Assembly (NCBI GenBank): GCA_015061745.1 | Contig: SUWB01000004.1 | Coordinates: 47,883 to 111,882, forward strand | From: Lentisphaerota bacterium | GTDB lineage: Bacteria; Verrucomicrobiota; Lentisphaeria; Victivallales; Victivallaceae | Length of the DNA: 64,000 nt | Direction: 5' to 3' | Shown here: positions 45,052 through 53,969 of the stretch, in pieces | How positions within the stretch are numbered: the stretch's first letter is position 1 | Layout: each line of letters opens with the position of its first letter | Notes under the pieces: generated by a model | Databases searched by the model: none | What the model was told of the DNA's origin: nothing | Seen by the model: the letters and a program-made list of their open reading frames with translations, nothing else | Position numbers and translations under genes: made by a program

Positions 45052-46350
45052 ATGGTAGAAGCAATTATTGTCGGAGCCGGTCACCGGTCTTTGTGTTACG
45101 CCCAGTATGCTCATGAACATCCGGATGTGTTCCGGATCACCGGAGTGGTGGATCCGTTGCCGGATCGCCGCCTTGCCGTTCAAAAAGAGTTCGGAATAGA
45201 CGATTCTATGCTTTTTGAGAATGTTGAGGCCCTCTGTGCCAAACCCCGCCTTGCCGATGCCGTCATCAATGGTACTATGGATGAACTTCACGTTCCCACC
45301 TCTCTGCCCCTGCTTGAAAAAGGATATCATATTCTGCTCGAAAAACCGGTTGCAATCAGTTTGAAAGAGCTCAATCAGCTCCGGGCTGCCCAGGAAAAGG
45401 CCGGCAAAGTGGTGATGATCTGTCACGTTCTGCGTTACGCCCCCTTTTATGCTGCTATCAAGCAGAAAATGCTTGACGGTGAAATCGGCAAACTTATTTC
45501 ACTTTCAACTGACGAATATGTGAGCTACCACCACTATGCCACCTGTTTTGTCAGAGGAAAATGGGGCAACTCAGTTGCCTGCCGCACCAGTATGCTTATG
45601 GCGAAATGCTGTCACGATATGGATCTTGTTTCCTGGCTCACGTCCGGAGTCAAGCCTGTCCGCGTTGACAGTTTCGGCGGTCTCCGCTGGTTCCATAAGG
45701 GAAATGCTCCCGCCGGTTCAGGAACTCACTGCCTGAAAAACTGTCCTCTGGTGGACAGTTGCGACTTCTCCTCAAAGAGAATGTATCTCGACCACCCCGA
45801 AAGGTGGAGTACCTATGTCTGGCCCGAGTTCGATTACCGCAAGGAGCTCAATACCCCGGAAAATCGTCTTGCCAAACTGATGGAAGATAACAATCCCCAC
45901 TCCCGTTGTGTCTGGAAGTGCGATAACGATCAGGCCGACCGGCAGAGCGTCATTGTCGAATTTGAAAACGGTTGTGTCGCCACTCATCAGCTCATTGCTG
46001 ATACCTGCCGTGCTGACCGCCGGGTACTGGTCGTGGGAACAGAGGGCGAAATCGAAGGCTTTATGAGTGAAAATAAATTTGTGCTCCGCAAGCACGACCT
46101 GCGGCCCGGACACGATTATTCTGAAGAAGTCATCGACGTTTCTGTTGCCGACGGCGACGGACACGGGGGCGGCGATTTGAGACTGGTTGCTGATTTTATC
46201 GCCCGGATCAATGGAGAGGCTCCTTCAATATCTTCGACCGATCTGTCTGATTCTGTTATCGGAAATCAGTTGGTCTTTGCCGCTGACGCAGCAATGACCG
46301 GAAGTGGCAGAATTGAAGATTTTGACTCTTTCTGTGAAGAACAGGCTTGA
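45052..46350 (+). CDS. Gfo/Idh/MocA-family oxidoreductase
   Basis: N-terminal Rossmann segment (VGAGHRS) and LLEKGYHILLEKPVA. Confidence 0.75.
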   Translation: MVEAIIVGAGHRSLCYAQYAHEHPDVFRITGVVDPLPDRRLAVQKEFGIDDSMLFENVEALCAKPRLADAVINGTMDELHVPTSLPLLEKGYHILLEKPVAISLKELNQLRAAQEKAGKVVMICHVLRYAPFYAAIKQKMLDGEIGKLISLSTDEYVSYHHYATCFVRGKWGNSVACRTSMLMAKCCHDMDLVSWLTSGVKPVRVDSFGGLRWFHKGNAPAGSGTHCLKNCPLVDSCDFSSKRMYLDHPERWSTYVWPEFDYRKELNTPENRLAKLMEDNNPHSRCVWKCDNDQADRQSVIVEFENGCVATHQLIADTCRADRRVLVVGTEGEIEGFMSENKFVLRKHDLRPGHDYSEEVIDVSVADGDGHGGGDLRLVADFIARINGEAPSISSTDLSDSVIGNQLVFAADAAMTGSGRIEDFDSFCEEQA

Positions 46351-46379
46351 CTTTTTTGTAAATGTCTGCTAAATTAAGT

Positions 46380-46410
46380 GCAGGAGGTATTTTGCCGCCT
46401 GCATTTTTTT
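46380..46410 (+). terminator. rho-independent terminator
   Basis: GCAGGAGG-tattttg-CCGCCTGC (one mismatch) followed by ATTTTTTT. Confidence 0.6.
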
Positions 46411-46462
46411 GTGAGAACGCAGTTTTGCGTCTGTAATACAATAAATATAGGAGAAATGAAAA

Positions 46463-46999
46463 ATGGCTATCGACAAAAATTCAAAGACCTGGAAGAATCT
46501 GGAGTATGCCTTTGCCGGTGAATCTCAGGCCCGTAACAAATACACCTATTTTGCCTCCAAGGCCCGCAAAGAAGGTTATGAGCAGATTGCTGCCATTTTT
46601 GAGCAGACTGCCAACAATGAAAAAGAACACGCCAAACTTTGGTTCAAAGAGTTGAACGGTATCGGTACCACGATTGAAAATCTTGCCGCCGCCGCTGCCG
46701 GTGAACACGAAGAATGGACCGAAATGTATCGTACCTTTGCCATCGAAGCTGAACAGGAAGGCTACACTGAGCTTGCCCGCGTTCTTGAACGCGTCGCTGC
46801 CATTGAAAAGCGTCACGAAGAACGCTACCGGAAACTGTTGGCCAATCTCGAATCCGGTGAAGTTTGGGTCCGTACCGGTGAAAACCGTTGGGAATGCCGC
46901 AACTGCGGTCACGTCTATATCGGTGAAAAAGCTCCCGAAATCTGCCCCACTTGCAAACATCCCAAAGCCTATTTTGAGATCGAAGCTCAGAACTACTGA
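46463..46999 (+). CDS. rbr: rubrerythrin
   Basis: The diiron four-helix part has two ExxH motifs ([20 protein letters not shown]). C-terminal rubredoxin part: CRNCGH...[12 protein letters not shown]. Confidence 0.95.
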   Translation: MAIDKNSKTWKNLEYAFAGESQARNKYTYFASKARKEGYEQIAAIFEQTANNEKEHAKLWFKELNGIGTTIENLAAAAAGEHEEWTEMYRTFAIEAEQEGYTELARVLERVAAIEKRHEERYRKLLANLESGEVWVRTGENRWECRNCGHVYIGEKAPEICPTCKHPKAYFEIEAQNY

Positions 47000-47053
47000 T
47001 AATACTTCAGTGTTTTATCGGCAGCTGATTTGATCTCTGCCGGACAATTGTAA

Positions 47054-47085
47054 AACTCCTCTCGCTTTTTGAGGGGAGTTTTTTT
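47054..47085 (+). terminator. rho-independent terminator after rbr
   Basis: AACTCCTCTC-gcttttt-GAGGGGAGTT (10 bp, one G-U) followed by a T-run. Confidence 0.8.
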
Positions 47086-47168
47086 ATGCCTTTATTTTTC
47101 CGGTTCTATCCGGATTTTAGAAAATGATAAAAAATCTAACAGATTTAGATATTTTTTGATAAAAATAC

Positions 47169-47197
47169 TTGACAATATATGAATTTGGGTGTATATT
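47169..47197 (+). promoter_or_regulatory. sigma70-like promoter (TTGACA-17-TATATT) for the lipoprotein / secretin-pair locus
   Basis: TTGACAatatatgaatttgggtgTATATT, 57 nt upstream of ATG 47254. Confidence 0.6.
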
Positions 47198-47253
47198 ATT
47201 TAACATTGCAAGATATTTTTTGTAAAAACATTTTATTTTTTAAGGCAGCTTTT

Positions 47254-47721
47254 ATGAAAAGGAATCAGATTTTTTCCATTCTTTCCTGTGCGGCAATTCT
47301 TTTTGTTGTTGCCGGATGTTCTACGGTCAGGGAACTTGCTCCTGAAAAACGTCTGGGCGAACCTGCGGCAGTGGAATACAAGCTTTCCCGTGAGATCCTT
47401 GTCAACTTCATCAACAAGGACTTTGAAAAATGCCGCCAAAACCTTACTCCCGAAAATCAGCAGAAGTTCGATATTAAAAAGGTGGAAAATGTATACAATG
47501 AGATTGTCCGTTCACTGGGGACTCCTGTTTCATTTTCCTATCTGACTGAACTTGAGTTCGTTACTTTTAAGATTTACGTTTGGAAAATCAAATTCCGCCG
47601 GATCGGAAAAGAAAGAGGAACCGGAAAAGAAAAAGAGTTTTTCAGCGAAGCACTGTTCAGAGTCATTACCGGCAGAACTGGCAAAGATCAGGTGATGATT
47701 ATGGGCTTCAATTTTCTCTGA
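47254..47721 (+). CDS. small lipoprotein (155 aa), function unknown
   Basis: MKRNQIFSILSCAAILFVVAGC lipobox. Internal ATG chosen because the track's upstream extension covers the promoter. Confidence 0.7.
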   Translation: MKRNQIFSILSCAAILFVVAGCSTVRELAPEKRLGEPAAVEYKLSREILVNFINKDFEKCRQNLTPENQQKFDIKKVENVYNEIVRSLGTPVSFSYLTELEFVTFKIYVWKIKFRRIGKERGTGKEKEFFSEALFRVITGRTGKDQVMIMGFNFL

Positions 47722-47745
47722 ATATTTGAAAGCAGTGTCCAACAG

Positions 47746-47777
47746 AGAGCGTTAAAGAACGCTCTTTGTTGTTTTTT
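47746..47777 (+). terminator. hairpin plus T-run (possibly a partial terminator) between the lipoprotein and secretin genes
   Basis: AGAGCGTT-aaag-AACGCTCT followed by TTGTTGTTTTTT. Confidence 0.55.
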
Positions 47778-47828
47778 GAGTTCTTACTTTAAAATTTCCA
47801 GGTAAACAATACTAAAGAAAGGAAAAAA

Positions 47829-49364
47829 ATGAACAAAAAAATTTGTTCAGCCCTGGCGGTTCTTACCGCTTTGGCGATTCTGCCGGCGGTTGCCGCTGAC
47901 GGAAAAAAAGATGGTGCTGTCCGCACGATCCACCTGATCCAATCTGATGCTCAGGTGCGTTTTGACAGCAAGGTTTATGAGCTGAAGAATGTTTCTTCCG
48001 AGTCTATTCTTCCCTTTGTCAACTCAGCCATCAAGCGTTACAGTGCCAACTCCTCTGTGCGCCGCGTGACTTCTGTAAATGGCAAACGCGAAGCTCTGCT
48101 GGTTTCCACAGCTCAGGAGTTTTTCCCCTATGTTGACAAGATTGTCGCTGCTCTTGACTCTCCCGGAAAGATGAACAAAAACGGGATCGAAGGTACCGGA
48201 ATTTCCCGTATTGCCTACACTCCCAAGTATCGCGCAGCCACTCAGTTTTCCAGCATCATCAACAACACCAGCGGTTCTTCTGTCGGTGCTGCTTATGTGA
48301 ACAAAGAAACCAATACTATTTTCTGGCGCGATCAGGCTGATGCTGCCAAAAAGACTCTTAAATATGTTGAGTTCCTTGACCAGCCCCTGCCTCAGGTCAA
48401 TGTGCGTCTCAACTACTACGAATTGCGTGACAGCGACCTCAAGGACTGGGGATTTGATTATCTTGCCTGGAAGAACGGTCCCGGTGTCAACCTTTTCAAT
48501 GTCGGCTACAATGTCGGTCATCTTTTTATGGACGAAGTCCTTACCGGTGCGTTGAATGTGGCAACTTCCGCCACCTGGGCTGCCGGCGGTTTCTTCACTG
48601 CCCCCCAGTTTGATATGAGTTTCATCCGCTGTTTGCAGCAGTCCGGAAATGCCAGCATTGCTTCACACGCTGAACTGCGTATGATCAGTACTCCTGTCAG
48701 CTCAATGGCTCAGTTCCGTACTCTGCAGGCAACCCAGCTCAAGGATATCAGCAAAGCTCCCTTTGTCTACTCAATTTCTATGACTCCCGAATACCAGACC
48801 ATCGGTAAAAACAGCCTCGGACGTACCTTCGTCGGTAAGAGCTTCATTGAAGATGACGACGGAACCAGACGGGGCGATGCTCCCCAGCTTGAAGCTCAGA
48901 TCATCAATCCTTTTGTCTGTATGCCCGGCAAAAACGGAAAAGGCGGTCTGATTTTTAATTATGCTCTTTATCTTAAAGGAGTTGTTGAGCGCGGAAATAC
49001 CGGTTCTGAACTTTCCAACGCTGTGAGTTTCTCCGGTTCCTCCTCCATCGCTTTCGGTACTGAAAAGCTCCTTGCCGTCTACGAAAAAGAAAACTGGGTC
49101 GAACAGACCATCGGTCTGCCTATTCTCTGCCGTATTCCCATTCTTAAATATCTTTTCAGCACCACCACTAAGATCCAGGAGCGTACTTACATCGTGATCA
49201 CCGCTGAAGCTACTCCTGTTGATGCCACTGTCGGCAGCAGAAAGCACGTCAGTGCCACCACCAAGATCGACAGACGCAAAGATTACCCCATTAAGAGTTT
49301 CTTTGAGAAAAAAGACGACGTGAAGAAAGCTGAAAAGAAATCTGCTAAGAAAGGTAACAAATAA
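47829..49364 (+). CDS. secretin-family outer-membrane channel protein (paralogue A, 511 aa)
   Basis: Signal peptide ...LPAVAADG. Two Secretin_N-like modules (...LLVSTAQEFFPYVDKIVAALD). Secretin-domain start PQVNVRLNYYELRDSDLKDWGFDY. C-terminal signature IGLPILCRIPILKYLFSTTTKIQERTYIVITAEA. Confidence 0.8.
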   Translation: MNKKICSALAVLTALAILPAVAADGKKDGAVRTIHLIQSDAQVRFDSKVYELKNVSSESILPFVNSAIKRYSANSSVRRVTSVNGKREALLVSTAQEFFPYVDKIVAALDSPGKMNKNGIEGTGISRIAYTPKYRAATQFSSIINNTSGSSVGAAYVNKETNTIFWRDQADAAKKTLKYVEFLDQPLPQVNVRLNYYELRDSDLKDWGFDYLAWKNGPGVNLFNVGYNVGHLFMDEVLTGALNVATSATWAAGGFFTAPQFDMSFIRCLQQSGNASIASHAELRMISTPVSSMAQFRTLQATQLKDISKAPFVYSISMTPEYQTIGKNSLGRTFVGKSFIEDDDGTRRGDAPQLEAQIINPFVCMPGKNGKGGLIFNYALYLKGVVERGNTGSELSNAVSFSGSSSIAFGTEKLLAVYEKENWVEQTIGLPILCRIPILKYLFSTTTKIQERTYIVITAEATPVDATVGSRKHVSATTKIDRRKDYPIKSFFEKKDDVKKAEKKSAKKGNK

Positions 49365-51655
49365 TGAACAGCAAATATATTCTTATTTCCGCAGCAGCGG
49401 CAGGTTTCCTTTTCTGCGGATGTCAGAACCAGGGACAGACTCCTGCGGCTCAGATGCTTCCTGCGGCTGGCGGCAACACTGTCGGCAACAGAGAGGTTTC
49501 TGTCATTCCTCAGGCTATTCCCGGTACTCCCCGTTATATGAACAACGGAACCACCGGCGGCTATGCCCCCAGCAATGTTCAGGCTCAGCTGAAAATTGAT
49601 GTCAAGGACTCCACCAAAGAGGTGAAGGTCATCCGTGACAACGCCGATCCTTTTGTGATCACCAAGCCCTATACCCTGAAATATGCTGATCCCTACGCTG
49701 TCCGCAGCTATCTTGAAGCTGCTGTGGGTTCCCGCAGCATCACTGCCAGCCCTGCACAGGTTATGGCTGTCAAGAGAAATGACGGTACCGGTGTTGTTCT
49801 GGTTTCTGCTGAAGAATACCGCTTCAAAGACAGCAAAGCCGGAAGGGGGATTGACAATATTATCAAATCCCTTGACCGCAAAGGACTTTCCTACGCTCCT
49901 GATGCCGGTGTCTACGTCTATTTCCCCCGGCTCAGCCGTGCCGTCAATCTGCGTTCTATGCTGCTCAAGGTCGGTTCTCACGAACTGGATCCCCAGTTTG
50001 TTGTGGCTCCTTCCTGCATTATGGTTGACGGTGAGCTGAATGCTCTGCTTATCAAGGCTCCCGAATGGAGCTGGAAAGAGATGCGCAAACTGCTCCAGAA
50101 ATATGACCGCGCCATCCCTGAAGTGAAGATCTCTTACAGAGTTCTTGAGATCTATGCTGAAAATGATGACCGTATCGGTGTGGACTTCCAGAGCTGGAAG
50201 AACAACGAAGGTGTGGACTTCTTTTCTACCGGTATGACTTCCCGCCGCAATTGGGGAACTTTCTTCACCAGCGGCGTTCACGAAAACGGCTGGAATCGTA
50301 CCTCCTACTGGAACTTCAACCCCAAATGGAATACCCGTTATCTTGACTTTATGACCTCTATCGGCAAAGCCAAGTGTCTTGCCCAGGGAACCCTTGTGGC
50401 TCAGAACCGCCGTGCTTCACGGGTTGCGGTCAACACCGGTTTCTTCTATGACAGAACCTACTACACCGCCGGAGCCACCACCATTGCTGAAGGTACCGGA
50501 GAGTTCGCTTATGCCGACCTCAACCCCGATACCATTATGCGTGAAGGTATCAACAAGATCCTCACCTATCAGGAACTTGCCGGTCTCTATGCGAAAGTCG
50601 GACGCGACAATCCTTCCGCTCTTGCCGAATCCCTCATTGGTGCCAATCCTGAGAAATTCCTTCAGCACATCACTTATACCCAGCGCGTTATGGGTATCCA
50701 CACCGGAACTTCTCTCTACGGTGATGTTCTTTCTCAGCTTACCGACGAACAGAAAGCTCTGCTGACTCCCCAGGTCGCTGCCAAGATCGCCGAAGAAAAA
50801 GCCCCTCAGATGGCTGCTGAAAAGGTTACTGCCGCATTGACTCAGATGGGGCTGCAGCCCGGAACTCCTATGTTTGAGCAGTACTACAATGCTAAGTATG
50901 ATGCAGCTTACGAAGCCTGCTACGAAGGCATCTATGCAGAAGCTGAAAAGCAGGTTAAAGACGGAATGAAAATTCTCGGAACCAGTGAACTTTCCAAGTA
51001 TATCGGCGGTTATGTTAACGACGAAGGCAAGTGGGTCGCTCCCGGTTACTACAATGGCTACACCAACCGTGACCAGGCAAGTTCTGCTCCCGGAATCATC
51101 CACGGCTGGCTTCAGTACCCTATGATCCAGGATGGTTTCAAATTCAATTTGAAGGTCATTCCTGTCGTTACCGGAAAAGCTGCCAAACTGCGCTTTGAAC
51201 TGGACAGCATCTCTCTTATGGGATGGAACTCTGACGGTTCCGCCCGTACCAGCAAGTCCGGCACCGCCACCACCGTCCAGATCGGCTATGAGCCTCAGGA
51301 GTTCGTTATCGGCGGTCTCCGCAAGAGTGAATCTGTCCGCGGTACTGCGGGACTTCCCTTCCTCAAAGATCTTCCTATCATCGGCAGACTTCTTTCCACC
51401 GAGACTGAATCCATCAAGCAGTCCCAGCTGGTACTGATCGCCAGGGTTGAACTTTCTCACCCCGATGACAAGATGGGGGCTGATGTCAAGGAAAATGTCG
51501 GCAAGATCATCAAACAGGTCAACAAGGGCGTGAACAGTCCTATCGGAAATATGCTTTTCCAGCAGTATCTCCTTGATGAGGACCGTGCTGATCGTGAGAA
51601 TCGTCTTGACAAACTCTCAGACAAGATTAACGACAAGTATCAGGAACACAAGTAA
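49364..51655 (+). CDS. secretin-family lipoprotein (lipo-secretin, paralogue B, 763 aa) with a large internal insertion
   Basis: Lipobox AAAAGFLFCGC. N-domain modules. Secretin-domain start PEVKISYRVLEIYAENDDRIGVDFQSW. C-terminal signature TAGLPFLKDLPIIGRLLSTETESIKQSQLVLIARVE. Start overlaps the paralogue A stop (TAATG). Confidence 0.8.
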   Translation: MNSKYILISAAAAGFLFCGCQNQGQTPAAQMLPAAGGNTVGNREVSVIPQAIPGTPRYMNNGTTGGYAPSNVQAQLKIDVKDSTKEVKVIRDNADPFVITKPYTLKYADPYAVRSYLEAAVGSRSITASPAQVMAVKRNDGTGVVLVSAEEYRFKDSKAGRGIDNIIKSLDRKGLSYAPDAGVYVYFPRLSRAVNLRSMLLKVGSHELDPQFVVAPSCIMVDGELNALLIKAPEWSWKEMRKLLQKYDRAIPEVKISYRVLEIYAENDDRIGVDFQSWKNNEGVDFFSTGMTSRRNWGTFFTSGVHENGWNRTSYWNFNPKWNTRYLDFMTSIGKAKCLAQGTLVAQNRRASRVAVNTGFFYDRTYYTAGATTIAEGTGEFAYADLNPDTIMREGINKILTYQELAGLYAKVGRDNPSALAESLIGANPEKFLQHITYTQRVMGIHTGTSLYGDVLSQLTDEQKALLTPQVAAKIAEEKAPQMAAEKVTAALTQMGLQPGTPMFEQYYNAKYDAAYEACYEGIYAEAEKQVKDGMKILGTSELSKYIGGYVNDEGKWVAPGYYNGYTNRDQASSAPGIIHGWLQYPMIQDGFKFNLKVIPVVTGKAAKLRFELDSISLMGWNSDGSARTSKSGTATTVQIGYEPQEFVIGGLRKSESVRGTAGLPFLKDLPIIGRLLSTETESIKQSQLVLIARVELSHPDDKMGADVKENVGKIIKQVNKGVNSPIGNMLFQQYLLDEDRADRENRLDKLSDKINDKYQEHK

Positions 51656-52119
51656 TGAATTCCTATGGAGATTGCGAAAGAAGCTCCGCGCTTCCTGATG
51701 TGTCGGTTTTCAAAAAAATGGTACGTCTGCTTGAACTTCAGAGACGGCAGTTTTTTGAGACCGACTGGAAAAATTGTTCAGTTATGATCCCCAGGGCTCA
51801 GTTCAATCATCTGATGCTGGTGCGTTTTTCTATGCCTTGCAATCTCGGAACTATTATGAGCATAACCGGTTTGACTTCGGCAGGAGCCTCCCTCTTTGTC
51901 GACAAACTGGTTAATGCCGGAGTTCTGAAACGGGAGGAAGATCCCAACGACCGCAGAAATATCATCATTTCAGTTACCACCCAGGGACAGGAGTTTCTGC
52001 AGGAAATTGATGACCGTCTTGATGATTTCATCTACAAATATTTTGCTGAATGTTCTGCTGAAGAACTGCAAATTATTGATAGAACGATGCGGATCGTCTG
52101 TTCAAAACTCGAATCCTGA
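51655..52119 (+). CDS. MarR-family transcriptional regulator
   Basis: wHTH pattern LGTIMSITGLTSAGASLFVDKLVNAGVLKREEDPNDRRNIIISVTTQG. Start overlaps the secretin B stop (TAATG). Confidence 0.8.
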   Translation: MNSYGDCERSSALPDVSVFKKMVRLLELQRRQFFETDWKNCSVMIPRAQFNHLMLVRFSMPCNLGTIMSITGLTSAGASLFVDKLVNAGVLKREEDPNDRRNIIISVTTQGQEFLQEIDDRLDDFIYKYFAECSAEELQIIDRTMRIVCSKLES

Positions 52120-52152
52120 GTTTTTATGAAAACTCTTTGAATGGAGTTTTTG

Positions 52153-52193
52153 CACCGGAAACTGCCAAGTACAGTTTCCGGTGTTTGCTTTTT
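52153..52193 (+). terminator. rho-independent terminator after marR
   Basis: Perfect 12-bp stem CACCGGAAACTG / CAGTTTCCGGTG followed by TTTGCTTTTT. Confidence 0.8.
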
Positions 52194-52213
52194 AAAGATT
52201 TCTGAAGTATATT
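52185..52213 (+). promoter_or_regulatory. candidate promoter for the btuF-like operon (TTGCTT-17-TATATT)
   Basis: TTGCTTtttaaagatttctgaagTATATT, 31 nt upstream of ATG 52244. Confidence 0.45.
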
Positions 52214-52243
52214 ATAGAGATAATTTCAGGAAAACTGTATTTT

Positions 52244-53035
52244 ATGAAGCGCATATTGTTTTTTTGTTTGATTTTTGCTTCTCTGCTCGGAGCTGCTGAA
52301 TTGCGGGTCGTCTCACTGTCACCGGCTTTAACCGAGCTCATATGCCATTTAGGCAGGGGAAGTGTGCTGGTTGGACGCAGTGATGTTTGTAACGAGCCTG
52401 CTGCTGTCCGCCGCCTGCCGGTTGCCGGACGTTTTGCAGTTCCCTTTGTTGAAAAAATCATTGCTTTGAAACCGAATCTTCTCATAACCAATGACTTCGT
52501 CAATCCCGGCGTAAAAGTTCCCTTTGAACGTGCCGGGATCAGAACATTGCAGCTCCCCTGCCGCAATATGCAGGAGTACCGCCGCTGCGTGGAAATTCTG
52601 GGGCGGGAACTGAACGCTTCTGAGGCTGCTGCCAAAGAACTGAAAAGAATAGAGCTCTTTGGGGCTGAAAAGAGAAAGAAGCTCAATTTGCGCGTCCTCT
52701 GGGTCGTGTGGGATACGCCTTTGATGACTCCCGGGAAATATTCGCACTTGAATGAAATTATTGAACTTGCCGGAGCTCAAAATGCAACCGGAAAATTTGA
52801 GCTTGAATATTTGAGGCCCTCTTTGGATAAACTTCTCAAAGACAGAATAGATGTGATTATCTGGAGTGCTTCCAGTTCCGGGTGGAAACAACGCCGGGTC
52901 TGGAAAAAGTTTCAGGCGGTTCAGAAAAAACAGGTCTATGCCGATTTTGATCAGGATGCTCTGCTGCGTCCCGGGCCCCGTTTGCCGGAGGCTGTGCGGC
53001 AGCTTAGAAAAATATTGGAAAAGTGGAGCAAATGA
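52244..53035 (+). CDS. ABC-importer periplasmic binding protein, BtuF/FhuD (Peripla_BP_2) type
   Basis: Signal peptide followed by RVVSLSPALTELICHLG, typical of cobalamin/siderophore binding proteins. Confidence 0.75.
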   Translation: MKRILFFCLIFASLLGAAELRVVSLSPALTELICHLGRGSVLVGRSDVCNEPAAVRRLPVAGRFAVPFVEKIIALKPNLLITNDFVNPGVKVPFERAGIRTLQLPCRNMQEYRRCVEILGRELNASEAAAKELKRIELFGAEKRKKLNLRVLWVVWDTPLMTPGKYSHLNEIIELAGAQNATGKFELEYLRPSLDKLLKDRIDVIIWSASSSGWKQRRVWKKFQAVQKKQVYADFDQDALLRPGPRLPEAVRQLRKILEKWSK

Positions 53036-53964
53036 TGAAAAAAAATTCCCTGTCACTGTTTTTACTTTTTTTTGTTTTTATTTCCGGAGTCGTTCTGGGG
53101 AGTGAAATATTGAATTTCAATGATTTGTGGAATTCTCCGGTAGCCGAGCTCCGCTTTTTCAGAATGCTGGGGGCTTTGTTTATCGGGGGAGCTTTGAGTT
53201 TGAGTGGTATGGTCTTTCAGGCTGTTTTGCGGAACCCTTTGGCAGAACCTTATACATTGGGGGTCTCTGCCGGAGCCGGAGTCGGTGCTGCTGCGGCTTT
53301 TATTACAGGTCTTCACGCACTGAGTGTGTATTCTGTCCCTTTTGCCGCTTTGGGGGGAGCTCTTGTAACTGTTCTGCTCGTGCTGCGTATCAGCAGGGCA
53401 GGGGGGAGTGAAAAACTGCTGCTTTCAGGAGTCATTGCCGGAACGATTTGTTCCAGTGTACTTATGTTTCTTCTCTCTGTTGCCCGGAGTGAAGAAGTTG
53501 CCGCTGCGTCCTGGTGGCTCCTGGGGGATTTGCAATCTGTCAATGAAAAATTGCTGCTTCCTGTTATTGTGCTGACGCTGGGGATTATGTTTTATCTGCG
53601 CTGGATGGCAGGAGCTCTTGATCTGCTGGCTCTGGGAGAAAGAGAAGCTTTTTTTCTGGGACTTGACGTCGGGCGTATGAGATTGCTTATGGTTATTTGT
53701 GCATCCGCTTTGGCTGCGGCTTCTGTTGCATTGGCCGGTGCGGTTGGGTTTTGCGGGTTGATCGTTCCTCACGCTGTCCGCCGTTTGTATTCTGCTTCTC
53801 ACAGAAAGAATGTTTTTGCTATGTTCATTTGGGGCGGGATTTTTCTTATGGTATGCGATGTGATAAGCCGCATTGTGCTGCCCGGGCAGGAGTTGCCGGT
53901 AGGCGTTGTGACCTCTATAACGGGAGGGCCTGTCTTTTTGTGGATCTTGAACAGAAAGAAGTGA
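53032..53964 (+). CDS. FecCD/BtuC-family ABC permease
   Basis: Polytopic, with LLSGVIAG and GLIVPH motifs. ATG 53032 overlaps the upstream stop (ATGA). The track start is GTG 53023. Confidence 0.85.
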   Translation: MMKKNSLSLFLLFFVFISGVVLGSEILNFNDLWNSPVAELRFFRMLGALFIGGALSLSGMVFQAVLRNPLAEPYTLGVSAGAGVGAAAAFITGLHALSVYSVPFAALGGALVTVLLVLRISRAGGSEKLLLSGVIAGTICSSVLMFLLSVARSEEVAAASWWLLGDLQSVNEKLLLPVIVLTLGIMFYLRWMAGALDLLALGEREAFFLGLDVGRMRLLMVICASALAAASVALAGAVGFCGLIVPHAVRRLYSASHRKNVFAMFIWGGIFLMVCDVISRIVLPGQELPVGVVTSITGGPVFLWILNRKK

Positions 53965-53969
53965 ATCTT

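Noticed and set aside
49283-51460. Minus-strand ORFs 49283..50281 (332 aa) and 50417..51460 (347 aa)
   Set aside because: They are antisense to secretin paralogue B, which has clear family motifs. Their translations are Gly/Ser/Asp-rich noise.
52120-52243. Possible cobalamin riboswitch upstream of the BtuF-like importer operon
   Set aside because: The intergenic region is only about 120 nt and is largely occupied by the marR terminator and a promoter. I find no B12-box-like sequence.
52349-53056. 235-aa minus-strand ORF
   Set aside because: It is antisense to the BtuF-like binding-protein gene, which has a signal peptide and family motif.
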